The position numbers and the translations under genes were made by a program. The notes under the pieces were generated by a model, which ran no database searches, was not told where the DNA came from, and saw nothing but the letters and a program-made list of their open reading frames with translations. This document shows, in pieces, positions 29,138 to 37,930 of a stretch of 64,000 nt of DNA. Source of the stretch: Siphonobacter sp. (GTDB lineage Bacteria > Bacteroidota > Bacteroidia > Cytophagales > Spirosomataceae); assembly GCF_048595215.1 (NCBI RefSeq), contig NZ_JBMDWJ010000195.1, positions 3,341 through 67,340 of the forward strand. Reading direction: 5' to 3'. Each line of letters opens with the position of its first letter. Position 1 is the stretch's first letter.

Positions 29138-30013
29138 TTAATTACGGATATCTAAGCCCCAGTTTAGTTTATTACGTAGCGTTTCCAGGAAGGTATCTCC
29201 TTTCACTTTGACTAGATGAGCACTAAAACGCTCTCTTCTGACGCAATAACGTACGGAATCATCAACTACTTTGGATCGGGAATCTAGGGAAATTAGACAA
29301 CTTTTACTCCGGCTTTCCACCGTAACCTCAATCCGACTGCCATCGTTGACTACGATGGGTCGAACATTCAAGTTGTGCGGGCTAATCGGAGCAATGATAA
29401 AATTGTTCGTACGCGGTAATACTACCGGTCCACCCACGCTGAGGCAATAACCCGTCGAGCCCGTAGGCGTGGAAATAACCAGCCCATCGGCCCAGTACGA
29501 ATTAAGAAATTCTCCGTCGAGCCAGGTATGTACCACAATCATCGACGAGCGGTCTGTTTTCGTAACGACAAAATCGTTCAGACCAAAATTAGTGCCTTCA
29601 AATACGTCCCGATCGTTTTCAACGTGCAAGAGTACGCGTTCATCGATCGAAAATTTCCCATTTTCCAGCCAATCCAGCGTCTGGGTAATTTCGTCGGGAT
29701 TAATAGTTGCAAGAAAACCTAGTCGGCCTGTATTGACGCCAACGATGGGTAAGGTACGTTCGCCGACGTGCGTGACCGTTTCAAGCAACGTCCCGTCGCC
29801 GCCAATACTAAAGACAAAATCCGCGTCGAATAGATCCTGACGATTTTGATAGGTTGCCGTAAACGGATGATTGATGGCCGCATCCTGAATGTTCTGGCGA
29901 TAGTCTTCGTGAATCTGAACCTCCGCTCCCCGGCGGGCAAGTTCACCCAATAAAGCCTGAATGGCAGGTCTAGTCTGTTCCGTCAGCGGACGGCCATTAA
30001 GAGCAATTTTCAT
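29138..30013 (-). CDS. nadK: NAD kinase
   Basis: Reads GGDGTLL, NTGRLGFL and STPTGSTGY. Confidence 0.92.
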   Translation of the reverse strand: MKIALNGRPLTEQTRPAIQALLGELARRGAEVQIHEDYRQNIQDAAINHPFTATYQNRQDLFDADFVFSIGGDGTLLETVTHVGERTLPIVGVNTGRLGFLATINPDEITQTLDWLENGKFSIDERVLLHVENDRDVFEGTNFGLNDFVVTKTDRSSMIVVHTWLDGEFLNSYWADGLVISTPTGSTGYCLSVGGPVVLPRTNNFIIAPISPHNLNVRPIVVNDGSRIEVTVESRSKSCLISLDSRSKVVDDSVRYCVRRERFSAHLVKVKGDTFLETLRNKLNWGLDIRN

Positions 30014-30075
30014 GAAACAGATGCTTTAAGCCGTACGCTAGGGAAGGCATTTGGTACTATAACCCCAGAGCAGGA

Positions 30076-30888
30076 CTAAAGTTTTGGGCGATGGTATTGT
30101 TCAATTTCCCGGTAGGCTTCATCAAATTCATAGCCATCCCGTACTTGTTGAACCAGTCGTTGTAGGCCCGCTTGACCAACCAGCCCTAACCATCGCGATA
30201 CTTCTTTTCCAGAAGTAACGTAAGATTGGGCCGTTCGGTTAGCATCAGCCTGTCCCCGTTGTGTACCAAAAAAACCATTCAAGGTTACAATATCTTGAAG
30301 ATGCGGAGCTGTCTTTCCGTGATTGGTGAGAATGTCCCATTCCTGTACATAGCCATTATAACGACGGCTTAAATCAGGATCAGAATAACGATAGTCAACC
30401 ATGAGAGCAACGCCCTCATCGAACCACTGGGGCAGGGAAGATTTGGCCTTCATCCAGCCCAAACGGGCAAACAATTCGTCGTGGCACATTTCGTGAGCAA
30501 TCACATCCACGTTCAAGCCATCCGGATTGAGTACAATCCAGGAGCCCGTGGGCGTTCCTAGGCTACACCCAGCTCCTTCGTACAGCAGACAGAATTTTTG
30601 GTACTCTTCTCGATTAGAACAGAAAATAATGGTAGCCTCACCCCGCTGATCCCCCCAGAACCCACTGACGCGTTTGCGAGCCTGCGTAATGAAATGAAGT
30701 AGCGAATCGCGACGTTGCGTGCTAACGTGATCGCTGGCGTATACGGAGGGAGCAACCTTTGAAAAACCACGAAAACGTACGGTTTGACAGGCCCAAATGG
30801 GTGGAAACCAGAGGTAATAGGCCGCAAGTAGAAAAATACCGAAAAGTAAAATATTGACGATCAGTCGCTTACCACTCCAACGTATCAT
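30076..30888 (-). CDS. membrane-anchored putative zinc metallopeptidase (HExxH, MA-clan-like)
   Basis: Has an N-terminal TM helix. Reads IAHEMCHDELFARLGWMKAKSSLPQWFDEGVA, which is HExxH plus a downstream Glu. Confidence 0.55.
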   Translation of the reverse strand: MIRWSGKRLIVNILLFGIFLLAAYYLWFPPIWACQTVRFRGFSKVAPSVYASDHVSTQRRDSLLHFITQARKRVSGFWGDQRGEATIIFCSNREEYQKFCLLYEGAGCSLGTPTGSWIVLNPDGLNVDVIAHEMCHDELFARLGWMKAKSSLPQWFDEGVALMVDYRYSDPDLSRRYNGYVQEWDILTNHGKTAPHLQDIVTLNGFFGTQRGQADANRTAQSYVTSGKEVSRWLGLVGQAGLQRLVQQVRDGYEFDEAYREIEQYHRPKL

Positions 30889-31094
30889 AGTTTAACCTCG
30901 CCCTTCAATGGTCAGCCGGGCTAGCGTTTTCGTCAAAATTATAACGATACACCCGGATTCCCACCATGAAAAAATGTTTTTAATACTAAAGCCTCTAGTA
31001 GCTTTTACCGTAAGCATCTGAAAAAGAAGCCTATATCTTCAAGGCTTTTCTTCCCGAGTATGTACGGAAATTTTCGTATTACCGACTGATGCAA

Positions 31095-31138
31095 ACGAAA
31101 AATCAATCCTTAAAATCCGTTTCCAAGGATTGATTTTA
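31095..31138 (-). terminator. terminator downstream of the thioredoxin-like gene
   Basis: AAAATCAATCCTT pairs with AAGGATTGATTTT. Confidence 0.75.
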
Positions 31139-31144
31139 AGCAGG

Positions 31145-31756
31145 TTACGAAAGTTGTTTCAGTACCTGGAATAGCTCGGCTTGTGTCGTGAGCGTTTTGT
31201 CTTTGGCGTACCACGTGTGGAGTTGCGTACTGAGTTCATCAAAGCTTACGTTTGCTTCTTTGAGCGACCAGTACAAATCCTGAGCGGAAGCGGGTCGGGG
31301 TCCCCATTCAGCCACTTCTTCGAGGGTGTCAGCTTCAAGAATAACCAGTTTAGGAATGGCCCGGCCCCCCTTGGTCAAATGAGCATCGATCAAATCCAGA
31401 TTGGAATCACGTAGCACGTACCGGGTCTGGATTTTTCCCTGCGAAGCTTCAGCAATGCGTTCGAGCACGGGTACAATCTGGGCCGCATCGCCGCACCAGC
31501 CTTCTGTAATGATGAGCCAGTAGTAAGATTTAGGGTTAGCCTCAAAAGCCGCCAAAATTTCGGGCATCAGGACCGTGGTCTTGTCCAGTCGATGCATCCG
31601 TTGTACATTGAGTTGTGTATACTTGGTCAGCATTTCCGACTGGTTCGGGCCTGTGGTTTTACCTGCAGCCAGTAATTCGTCAATCAGATGCCGGTAAGCG
31701 GAATAAGTATAAGCGGATTCAATACGCTGGGAAGAAATAAGGGGAGAAGTTTCCAT
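31145..31756 (-). CDS. thioredoxin-fold family protein (single-Cys WCGD motif)
   Basis: Reads WLIITEGWCGDAAQIVPVL in a Trx-like context. Confidence 0.65.
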   Translation of the reverse strand: METSPLISSQRIESAYTYSAYRHLIDELLAAGKTTGPNQSEMLTKYTQLNVQRMHRLDKTTVLMPEILAAFEANPKSYYWLIITEGWCGDAAQIVPVLERIAEASQGKIQTRYVLRDSNLDLIDAHLTKGGRAIPKLVILEADTLEEVAEWGPRPASAQDLYWSLKEANVSFDELSTQLHTWYAKDKTLTTQAELFQVLKQLS

Positions 31757-31842
31757 AAATATGTAATGAATTTTTACCGCAACGGTTACCCCAGGGGGTT
31801 AGTTCAATCGGCTGGGGACCGAAATAAACATCCAATTATTCC

Positions 31843-32244
31843 ATGATCGACTACAGCACCGAAAAAAAAATTTCTGCCGAAACGTTTATTGATCTGCTGA
31901 CTCGCTCGACACTAGGCGAACGCCGACCCGTTACCGATACTGAGCGAATGCAAGCCATGCTGGATGCGGCCAATATTCTAGTCACCGCCTGGGATGGAGC
32001 TCAATTAGTGGGCGTATCACGAGCCCTGAGTGACTTTAGTTTCTGTACGTACTTGGCCGATTTAGCCGTGGATGAAGCGTACCAGCACCAAGGGATCGGC
32101 CGTCGATTGGTAGAACTGACGCACGAAGTAGCAGGGCCTCTGACCAGCCTGATTTTACTGGCAGCTCCCAAAGCCGTGGCTTATTATCCAAAAATTGGAA
32201 TGAAACGTAGTGAAGTGTGTTTTACGTTGGATCGACAGCAATAA
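31843..32244 (+). CDS. GNAT-family N-acetyltransferase
   Basis: Has the acetyl-CoA motif YQHQGIGRRLVE. Confidence 0.75.
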   Translation: MIDYSTEKKISAETFIDLLTRSTLGERRPVTDTERMQAMLDAANILVTAWDGAQLVGVSRALSDFSFCTYLADLAVDEAYQHQGIGRRLVELTHEVAGPLTSLILLAAPKAVAYYPKIGMKRSEVCFTLDRQQ

Positions 32245-32298
32245 AGTTGCCATGATAAGCCGTATCATCCTTACGTCTAAGTCCTACTACTTTCTCTC

Positions 32299-33168
32299 AT
32301 GCGAAGCCTGTTCCTGATTCTTGTCGGTATCCTAGCGGGAGCTTTTACTGATAAACCAGCGTATCTTATCTACAATCAGCAGTTAAAGCCTTCGAGCTAC
32401 GAGGCCCTGCTTCAGCACGCGGCCAATGCCGATGTGGTTCTGTTTGGTGAATTGCATAATAATCCCATCAGTCATTGGCTACAACTCGAACTGACAAAAG
32501 ACTTATACGAACGCAAAAAGCAGCAACTCGTTTTGGGAGCGGAAATGTTTGAAGCCGATAATCAGCTGGTATTGACCGAGTACGGACAGGGAAAAATAAC
32601 TACGCAACAGCTCGAAGCCGAGGCCAAAGTCTGGCCAAATTTCCGGACGGACTATAAACCGCTGGTGGATTTTGCCCAAAGCGAATCCATCCCTTTCGTA
32701 GCTACTAATATTCCCCGGCGTTATGCGAGTATCGTGGCCAAAAAGGGATTGGAGGAATTAAGTCGTCTCAGTCCCGAAGCTCAGCAAGCGATTGCTCCCT
32801 TACCCGTTACCGTTGATTTAACTTTGCCGGGTTACGCCGACATGCTGAAAATGGGAGGTATGCACAGTTCGTCGGGCTCCGTGGCCGCCGAAAATATGGC
32901 CAAAGCTCAGGCGATCAAGGATGCGACGATGGCTCACTTCATTCTGAAAAACTGGAAAAAAGGACAAACTTTTCTGCATTTCAACGGCAGTTACCACAGT
33001 CAGAACTTCGAAGGCATTTACTGGTACCTGAAAAAAGCCAACCCGGATTTACGCGTTGTAACCATTGCTACCGTAGAGGAAACCAACTTATCCGTACCGA
33101 AGGAAGCCAAGCCCGAACTGGCACATTTTATTTTAGTAGTACCCGAGACCATGACGAAAACCCATTGA
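32299..33168 (+). CDS. ChaN-family (haem-binding uptake / Tiki-like) protein
   Basis: Has a signal peptide. Reads VVLFGELHNNPISHW and GAEMF, and has a RRYA-containing segment. Confidence 0.7.
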   Translation: MRSLFLILVGILAGAFTDKPAYLIYNQQLKPSSYEALLQHAANADVVLFGELHNNPISHWLQLELTKDLYERKKQQLVLGAEMFEADNQLVLTEYGQGKITTQQLEAEAKVWPNFRTDYKPLVDFAQSESIPFVATNIPRRYASIVAKKGLEELSRLSPEAQQAIAPLPVTVDLTLPGYADMLKMGGMHSSSGSVAAENMAKAQAIKDATMAHFILKNWKKGQTFLHFNGSYHSQNFEGIYWYLKKANPDLRVVTIATVEETNLSVPKEAKPELAHFILVVPETMTKTH

Positions 33169-33192
33169 AAAGCATTAAATACCACGTAAGCC

Positions 33193-33768
33193 ATGCAGGA
33201 TATCGAACCCTTTTACGGCTGGGAGAAATATTACATCGCCGCCGAAGATCCGCAGTCTCCCTTCTTTGAACGGGAGTACAATTATCAGCAGTACGAAAAT
33301 ACGGTATATGATTACTACATACATCCTAACTGGGATGAGATCGGGTCCGAGACCTTATACTGCAAAATCCTGTACACGGACTACGACCTGAACTTTACAA
33401 TTATCGAGTTACTGGGCGAGTGGAACGATACGCTTCACAACGACATCATGCACTTTAAACGTAATGTAATTGATCAGCAGTTGTCGCAGGGAATCAGTAA
33501 GTTCATTTTGATTGGTGAAAACGTGTTCAATTTTCACGGTAGTAGCGACGACGATTATTACGCCGAGTGGTTTGAAGAAGTCGGCGACGGCTGGATTACG
33601 GCCCTGAACTTCCGGGATTTTGTGGAAGAAGAGTTCACTAAATATCACTTAGATTACTACATCAACTACGGAGGTACGCTGGAGGAAATTCCTAACTGGC
33701 GTACGCTCAAACCCCGGCTTTTCTTTGAAGGTGTTCAGCGACTGATCATGCGTAGATTAGATGCCTGA
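33193..33768 (+). CDS. hypothetical protein
   Basis: 191-aa acidic, aromatic-rich ORF, 24 bp after the ChaN-like gene. I recognise no motif. Confidence 0.5.
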   Translation: MQDIEPFYGWEKYYIAAEDPQSPFFEREYNYQQYENTVYDYYIHPNWDEIGSETLYCKILYTDYDLNFTIIELLGEWNDTLHNDIMHFKRNVIDQQLSQGISKFILIGENVFNFHGSSDDDYYAEWFEEVGDGWITALNFRDFVEEEFTKYHLDYYINYGGTLEEIPNWRTLKPRLFFEGVQRLIMRRLDA

Positions 33769-33783
33769 TCGCTTGAAAGGGTA

Positions 33784-33825
33784 CCAACAAAAAACCTCCC
33801 GAATCTTCGGGAGGTTTTTTGTTGG
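33784..33825. terminator. bidirectional terminator
   Basis: CCAACAAAAAACCTCCCGA pairs with TCGGGAGGTTTTTTGTTGG. Confidence 0.85.
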
Positions 33826-33846
33826 GCTGTACCTGGAAAGTAATGT

Positions 33847-34491
33847 CTAGATCAGCCGTTCTTTGGTCGCTTTCTCAATGGCTTCCGCCTTTGAATGCAC
33901 TTCCAGTTTCCAGTAAATATTCTTGATGTGCGTACGGATGGTTTCCTTGTCCACAAAAAGTTCGTCGGCAATCGTAGAGTAGCTTTTCCCCTTGGCTAAC
34001 AGTTCAAGTACTTCCGTTTCCCGCGAAGTAAGGGGTGAATTCCGGTTTTTTTGGAACGACTGTACTACCATGCGAGCTACGTTGGTACTCATGGGAGCCC
34101 CACCGTTCTGAATTTCCTGAATGGCTTCCAGTAAGCGACTGGGCGGCATGTTTTTAGTAAGATAGCCTCCCGCTCCGGCACATAACGCTTTGAATACCAG
34201 ATCGTCGTTTTCGTAAACGGTAATGACAATGATGTTCGTTTGAGGCCGTGCTTTTTTAATGCGACTAATGCCTTCAATGCCGTTCATGCCCGGCAATTCA
34301 ATGTCCATTAAAATAACATCGGGAGCGTCCTGAGTCAGGTGAGGTAGGGCTTCTTCGCACGAAGCATAGGTATTGACAATGTGAAAACCTGAAGTGCCGT
34401 TAATGAGTAGGGCAAAACCTTCGCGGATGACCGAATCGTCTTCGACAATGCAGACATTTATTGTTTCAGGAGCAGACAAAACTAAATTCAT
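33847..34491 (-). CDS. NarL/LuxR-family response regulator
   Basis: The REC domain reads DVILMDIELPGMNG. The LuxR HTH reads LTSRETEVLELLAKGKSYSTIADELFVDKETIRTHIKNIYWKL. Confidence 0.9.
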   Translation of the reverse strand: MNLVLSAPETINVCIVEDDSVIREGFALLINGTSGFHIVNTYASCEEALPHLTQDAPDVILMDIELPGMNGIEGISRIKKARPQTNIIVITVYENDDLVFKALCAGAGGYLTKNMPPSRLLEAIQEIQNGGAPMSTNVARMVVQSFQKNRNSPLTSRETEVLELLAKGKSYSTIADELFVDKETIRTHIKNIYWKLEVHSKAEAIEKATKERLI

Positions 34492-34564
34492 GGCTTTTTA
34501 AAAAGTACGCTAAAGATACGCTTTGGCCAACGGGCGTTGCATCAATAAGAAAAAAAACAGGGAT

Positions 34565-37500
34565 TTATTTGGACAGTGTAGGCTTTTTCTGTGGTAAACG
34601 GATGCAGACGCTGACGACCGTACCCTGGGCTGGAGTACTTTCAAGCGTAAATATTCCCTCAAACTTACGAGCCCGACTTTCCATATTAAGGAGACCGTTT
34701 CCCTTCCGACTTTTACGGGAATCAAACCCTTGGCCATTATCAATCCAGCGAATGGTAGCCTCATCGCCCTGACGTTCAAAGGCCAGGAAAGTCTGCGTAG
34801 CCTGGGCGTGTTTAAGCGTATTGCTAATGGCTTCTTTGAAGAGAAAAATCAGGTGACGGCTCATACCCATCGGCAAAACGTAACTCCGTAACGATTCTTC
34901 CAAACCATTAATGTCAAACCGGATGCCCGTCTTGTCGAGTACGTCGTCACCAAAATCCTTAAGTCGAATGGCAATTTCGTACAGGTTATCGTGATCGGGG
35001 TTAATGGCCCAGATAAAATCTTTCGTACCCTGGTACATCCGGTTGGCATTATCGCTGATTTTGGTGAGCAGCGGAAGAACCTCGTCTGAAGGCTCGGGCA
35101 GACGAGCTTTGATGATTTCGGTAAGCATGGAAATACGGGTGATTGTATTCCCAAATTCATCGTGCAAATCCTGGGCGGCGAGCTTACGAACGCGTTCGTT
35201 CTCCACCAGTTTGACTTTTTCCAGTTCCAGCAAATGAGCTACCTGCCTCCGAACTCGAGACTGGTAAATGAGCTGGGCCGTACCACCCACCACAAGCAGA
35301 CAAATGGCATAGAACCACCAACGTTGCCAGAAGGGCGGCACGACGACAATCGGAATCTGTAAGATTTGCGAATCGTTCCAGAGGCCATCGGCGTTCGAAG
35401 CCTTTACTTTTAAGGTATACGTGCCCGGACTCAGGTTAGAAAAACTGATGTAGCGACGCGTACCGCTAAAGTTCCAGTTGGTTTGAAAGCCTTCCAGCAG
35501 GTACGCATACTGATTTTTCTGCGGACTGCTGTAGTCGAGGGTGTTGTAGACAAAGGAAAAAAAGTTTTCGTTGGCCTGAATCGTCAGCTGGTGGTCATGA
35601 GCGAGTAGGCTGTCGAAGGCAAAGGGCTTTTCAAATTTTCGAAATGACGTCAGTACGACCGGGGGTGTAAATCGACTTTCCGTAAGTTCCTGAGGATTGA
35701 AACTGACGAGTAAGCCAATACCACCAAAGAAAAACATTCCGTCTGCACTGCGGTGAAAAGCCCCGGTATTGAACTCATTCGCCATTAATCCATCCCGACT
35801 ACTGTAATTTCGGAAGGTTTGCGTACGGGGATCAAAGCGGGAAAGACCCCGGTTGGTACTCATCCAGAAACGCCCCTCCTGATCCTCCAGCATACCGTAT
35901 ACGACGTGATTGGCCAGCCCATCCTGTTCAGTAAAGTGTTCGAAACGAGGTTGTCCATCCCTGAAAAACAAACGGCTGAGGCCTTTACTACTGGTAATCC
36001 AGAGTTGTCCCTTGCGGTCGCAATGCAGATCGTAGATTTCATTACTCAGCAGACTTTCCGGGTCGTCGGTCTGGTTATAATAGGGCGTAATGCGTCCGTT
36101 AGTATCAATGCGATTCAGCCCCCCCATGGTTCCTACCCAAAGGGTACCATCGGGCATTTCCTGAATAGCCTCAATGGTTGATTCGGGACCTTTAGAGCTA
36201 AACTCAAACCGCGTAAGTTGACCCGTTTTACTACGCTTATACAAGGCTTTCCCCGTACCAATCCACAACTGGTGGTGCCGGTCCTCGTAGAGTTTACTTA
36301 CCATCGGAAACTCTTGGGAAGCCGCATCAGGAACGAACTGACTTCCGCTCCAGCGGTAAAGACCTTTACTACTGCCCACCCAAAGCGTACCCTTATAGTC
36401 TTCCAAAATGCTATAAATACGCTCACCCAGTAGCTTCTCGCTAAAATGCTGACTTTGTAAGCTGTTCTGATTGATGCAGAATAAACCCCGATAGGTGCCA
36501 GCCCAAAGGTTATGATGGCGGTCGGTATAAAGGGAGAAGAATGACTGCAAAGAACCTGGGGCCGTAATCAAATCTTCCCAATGTCGAAAGTTATTCTTGG
36601 CCTGACTAAAGACTTGTACGCCCGCATCGCGAGTGCCAAGCCAGATGACATCTTCTTTGGGGTCTGGCCCCTGGTACAAAGAGGTTACTACGTTGCTTTG
36701 CAGTCCTTTTTTTGCATTTCCCGTCCAGTGGGAAAGAAGCGGTAGGGTAGAGTCTTGGAGGTCGTACCGATAAATACCTTCATTCCGCACCGATACCCAT
36801 AAGACGGATTTATGGCTTACCAGCAGTGCCAGTACGGGTTGCTGCGTGGGTAGAAAGCGTTGGGCGGTACTAGGCTTTTGGGTATTAATCTGATGTAAAC
36901 CTACTTCGGTACCCGCCCAGAGGCGATACGTCGAGTCCTGAACGATACTGTACACGGGGGTGTGCAGGAGCGACCAGTGAATGACCCGCCGAATGCCTTT
37001 TTCAACGGGACTAACACGGTACAAACCCTGACTCGTCCCAGCCCAGAGGAAACCTTTTGGGTCACGGTGCAGGGTGTGAATGACGCGGTCTTTGAGCAGA
37101 TAATCTGATGAGCTTACTAAGTTCTGAAAGTCGAGCTCAGGACTAGCCGTACTCTTCATTCGAAAGAGACCATTAGGCGTACCTATCCAGAGCGATCCGT
37201 CACGATCTTCAACAAGAGCATTAACGGTAAGTTTATAGGAAGTACCGTATCGGGTAATGATCCCGTTAGTACGGTCAAAGCGATTGAGTCCCTGACGCGT
37301 ACCGACCCAGAGTTGGCCTTGGCGATCTTCGCAAAGCGACACAATGAATTCGTTCGACAGACTATTGGCTTGAAAAGGCTGATGCTGGTAACTAACAAAC
37401 TGATGTCCGTCGAAACGATTGAGACCATTTTGAGTACCTAGCCAGATGTAGCCTTGCTGGTCCTTGAGTAGACAGTTGACACCACTTTGGGAAAGCCCCT

Positions 37501-37597
37501 CTTCCAGGGAATACTGGTCCAGAAATACCGAATTGGATTGGCCGAATCCGAAGCAGGCCCAAAAGCATGCGAGGCATAGAAAAAAGACTTTCATCAT
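34565..37597 (-). CDS. sensor histidine kinase with periplasmic beta-propeller/Y_Y_Y domain, HisKA_3 and HATPase
   Basis: Start at ATG 37597 or 37594 (MMKVFFLCLACFWACFGFGQ). Has many LW(I/V)GT..GL.R propeller repeats and one TM segment (WWFYAICLLVVGG). The H-box is LHDEFGN and the G-box is DNGQGF. Confidence 0.88.
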   Translation of the reverse strand: MMKVFFLCLACFWACFGFGQSNSVFLDQYSLEEGLSQSGVNCLLKDQQGYIWLGTQNGLNRFDGHQFVSYQHQPFQANSLSNEFIVSLCEDRQGQLWVGTRQGLNRFDRTNGIITRYGTSYKLTVNALVEDRDGSLWIGTPNGLFRMKSTASPELDFQNLVSSSDYLLKDRVIHTLHRDPKGFLWAGTSQGLYRVSPVEKGIRRVIHWSLLHTPVYSIVQDSTYRLWAGTEVGLHQINTQKPSTAQRFLPTQQPVLALLVSHKSVLWVSVRNEGIYRYDLQDSTLPLLSHWTGNAKKGLQSNVVTSLYQGPDPKEDVIWLGTRDAGVQVFSQAKNNFRHWEDLITAPGSLQSFFSLYTDRHHNLWAGTYRGLFCINQNSLQSQHFSEKLLGERIYSILEDYKGTLWVGSSKGLYRWSGSQFVPDAASQEFPMVSKLYEDRHHQLWIGTGKALYKRSKTGQLTRFEFSSKGPESTIEAIQEMPDGTLWVGTMGGLNRIDTNGRITPYYNQTDDPESLLSNEIYDLHCDRKGQLWITSSKGLSRLFFRDGQPRFEHFTEQDGLANHVVYGMLEDQEGRFWMSTNRGLSRFDPRTQTFRNYSSRDGLMANEFNTGAFHRSADGMFFFGGIGLLVSFNPQELTESRFTPPVVLTSFRKFEKPFAFDSLLAHDHQLTIQANENFFSFVYNTLDYSSPQKNQYAYLLEGFQTNWNFSGTRRYISFSNLSPGTYTLKVKASNADGLWNDSQILQIPIVVVPPFWQRWWFYAICLLVVGGTAQLIYQSRVRRQVAHLLELEKVKLVENERVRKLAAQDLHDEFGNTITRISMLTEIIKARLPEPSDEVLPLLTKISDNANRMYQGTKDFIWAINPDHDNLYEIAIRLKDFGDDVLDKTGIRFDINGLEESLRSYVLPMGMSRHLIFLFKEAISNTLKHAQATQTFLAFERQGDEATIRWIDNGQGFDSRKSRKGNGLLNMESRARKFEGIFTLESTPAQGTVVSVCIRLPQKKPTLSK

Positions 37598-37930
37598 GGC
37601 TAAAGGGCACGTTTCGTGCAAAAACAAAGGTAAAAGACGCAAATTTTGCAAGAAACCCCCCAAAATGTGGGATTTTATGAGAGGGATACATTTTTTAATT
37701 TTGGCCTGTAGAATTTTTACAAAGTTTTGGTTAAGGGAAAAAACAGTTCTGTCTTGCGGAGCTGTTTTTTAGTTTCTAAGGCTTGGGTACGCTGACCCAA
37801 CAAGTAGCCAGAATTCCGCCTTTCGAAGTACGCACTCTGCTACTCATCTACACCTGCCACTCCGGGTTACATTCTGGGGTATTCTTCACTAATTTTGACA
37901 CAGTTGTCTCTTCACTTTATTCCCGTTTGT

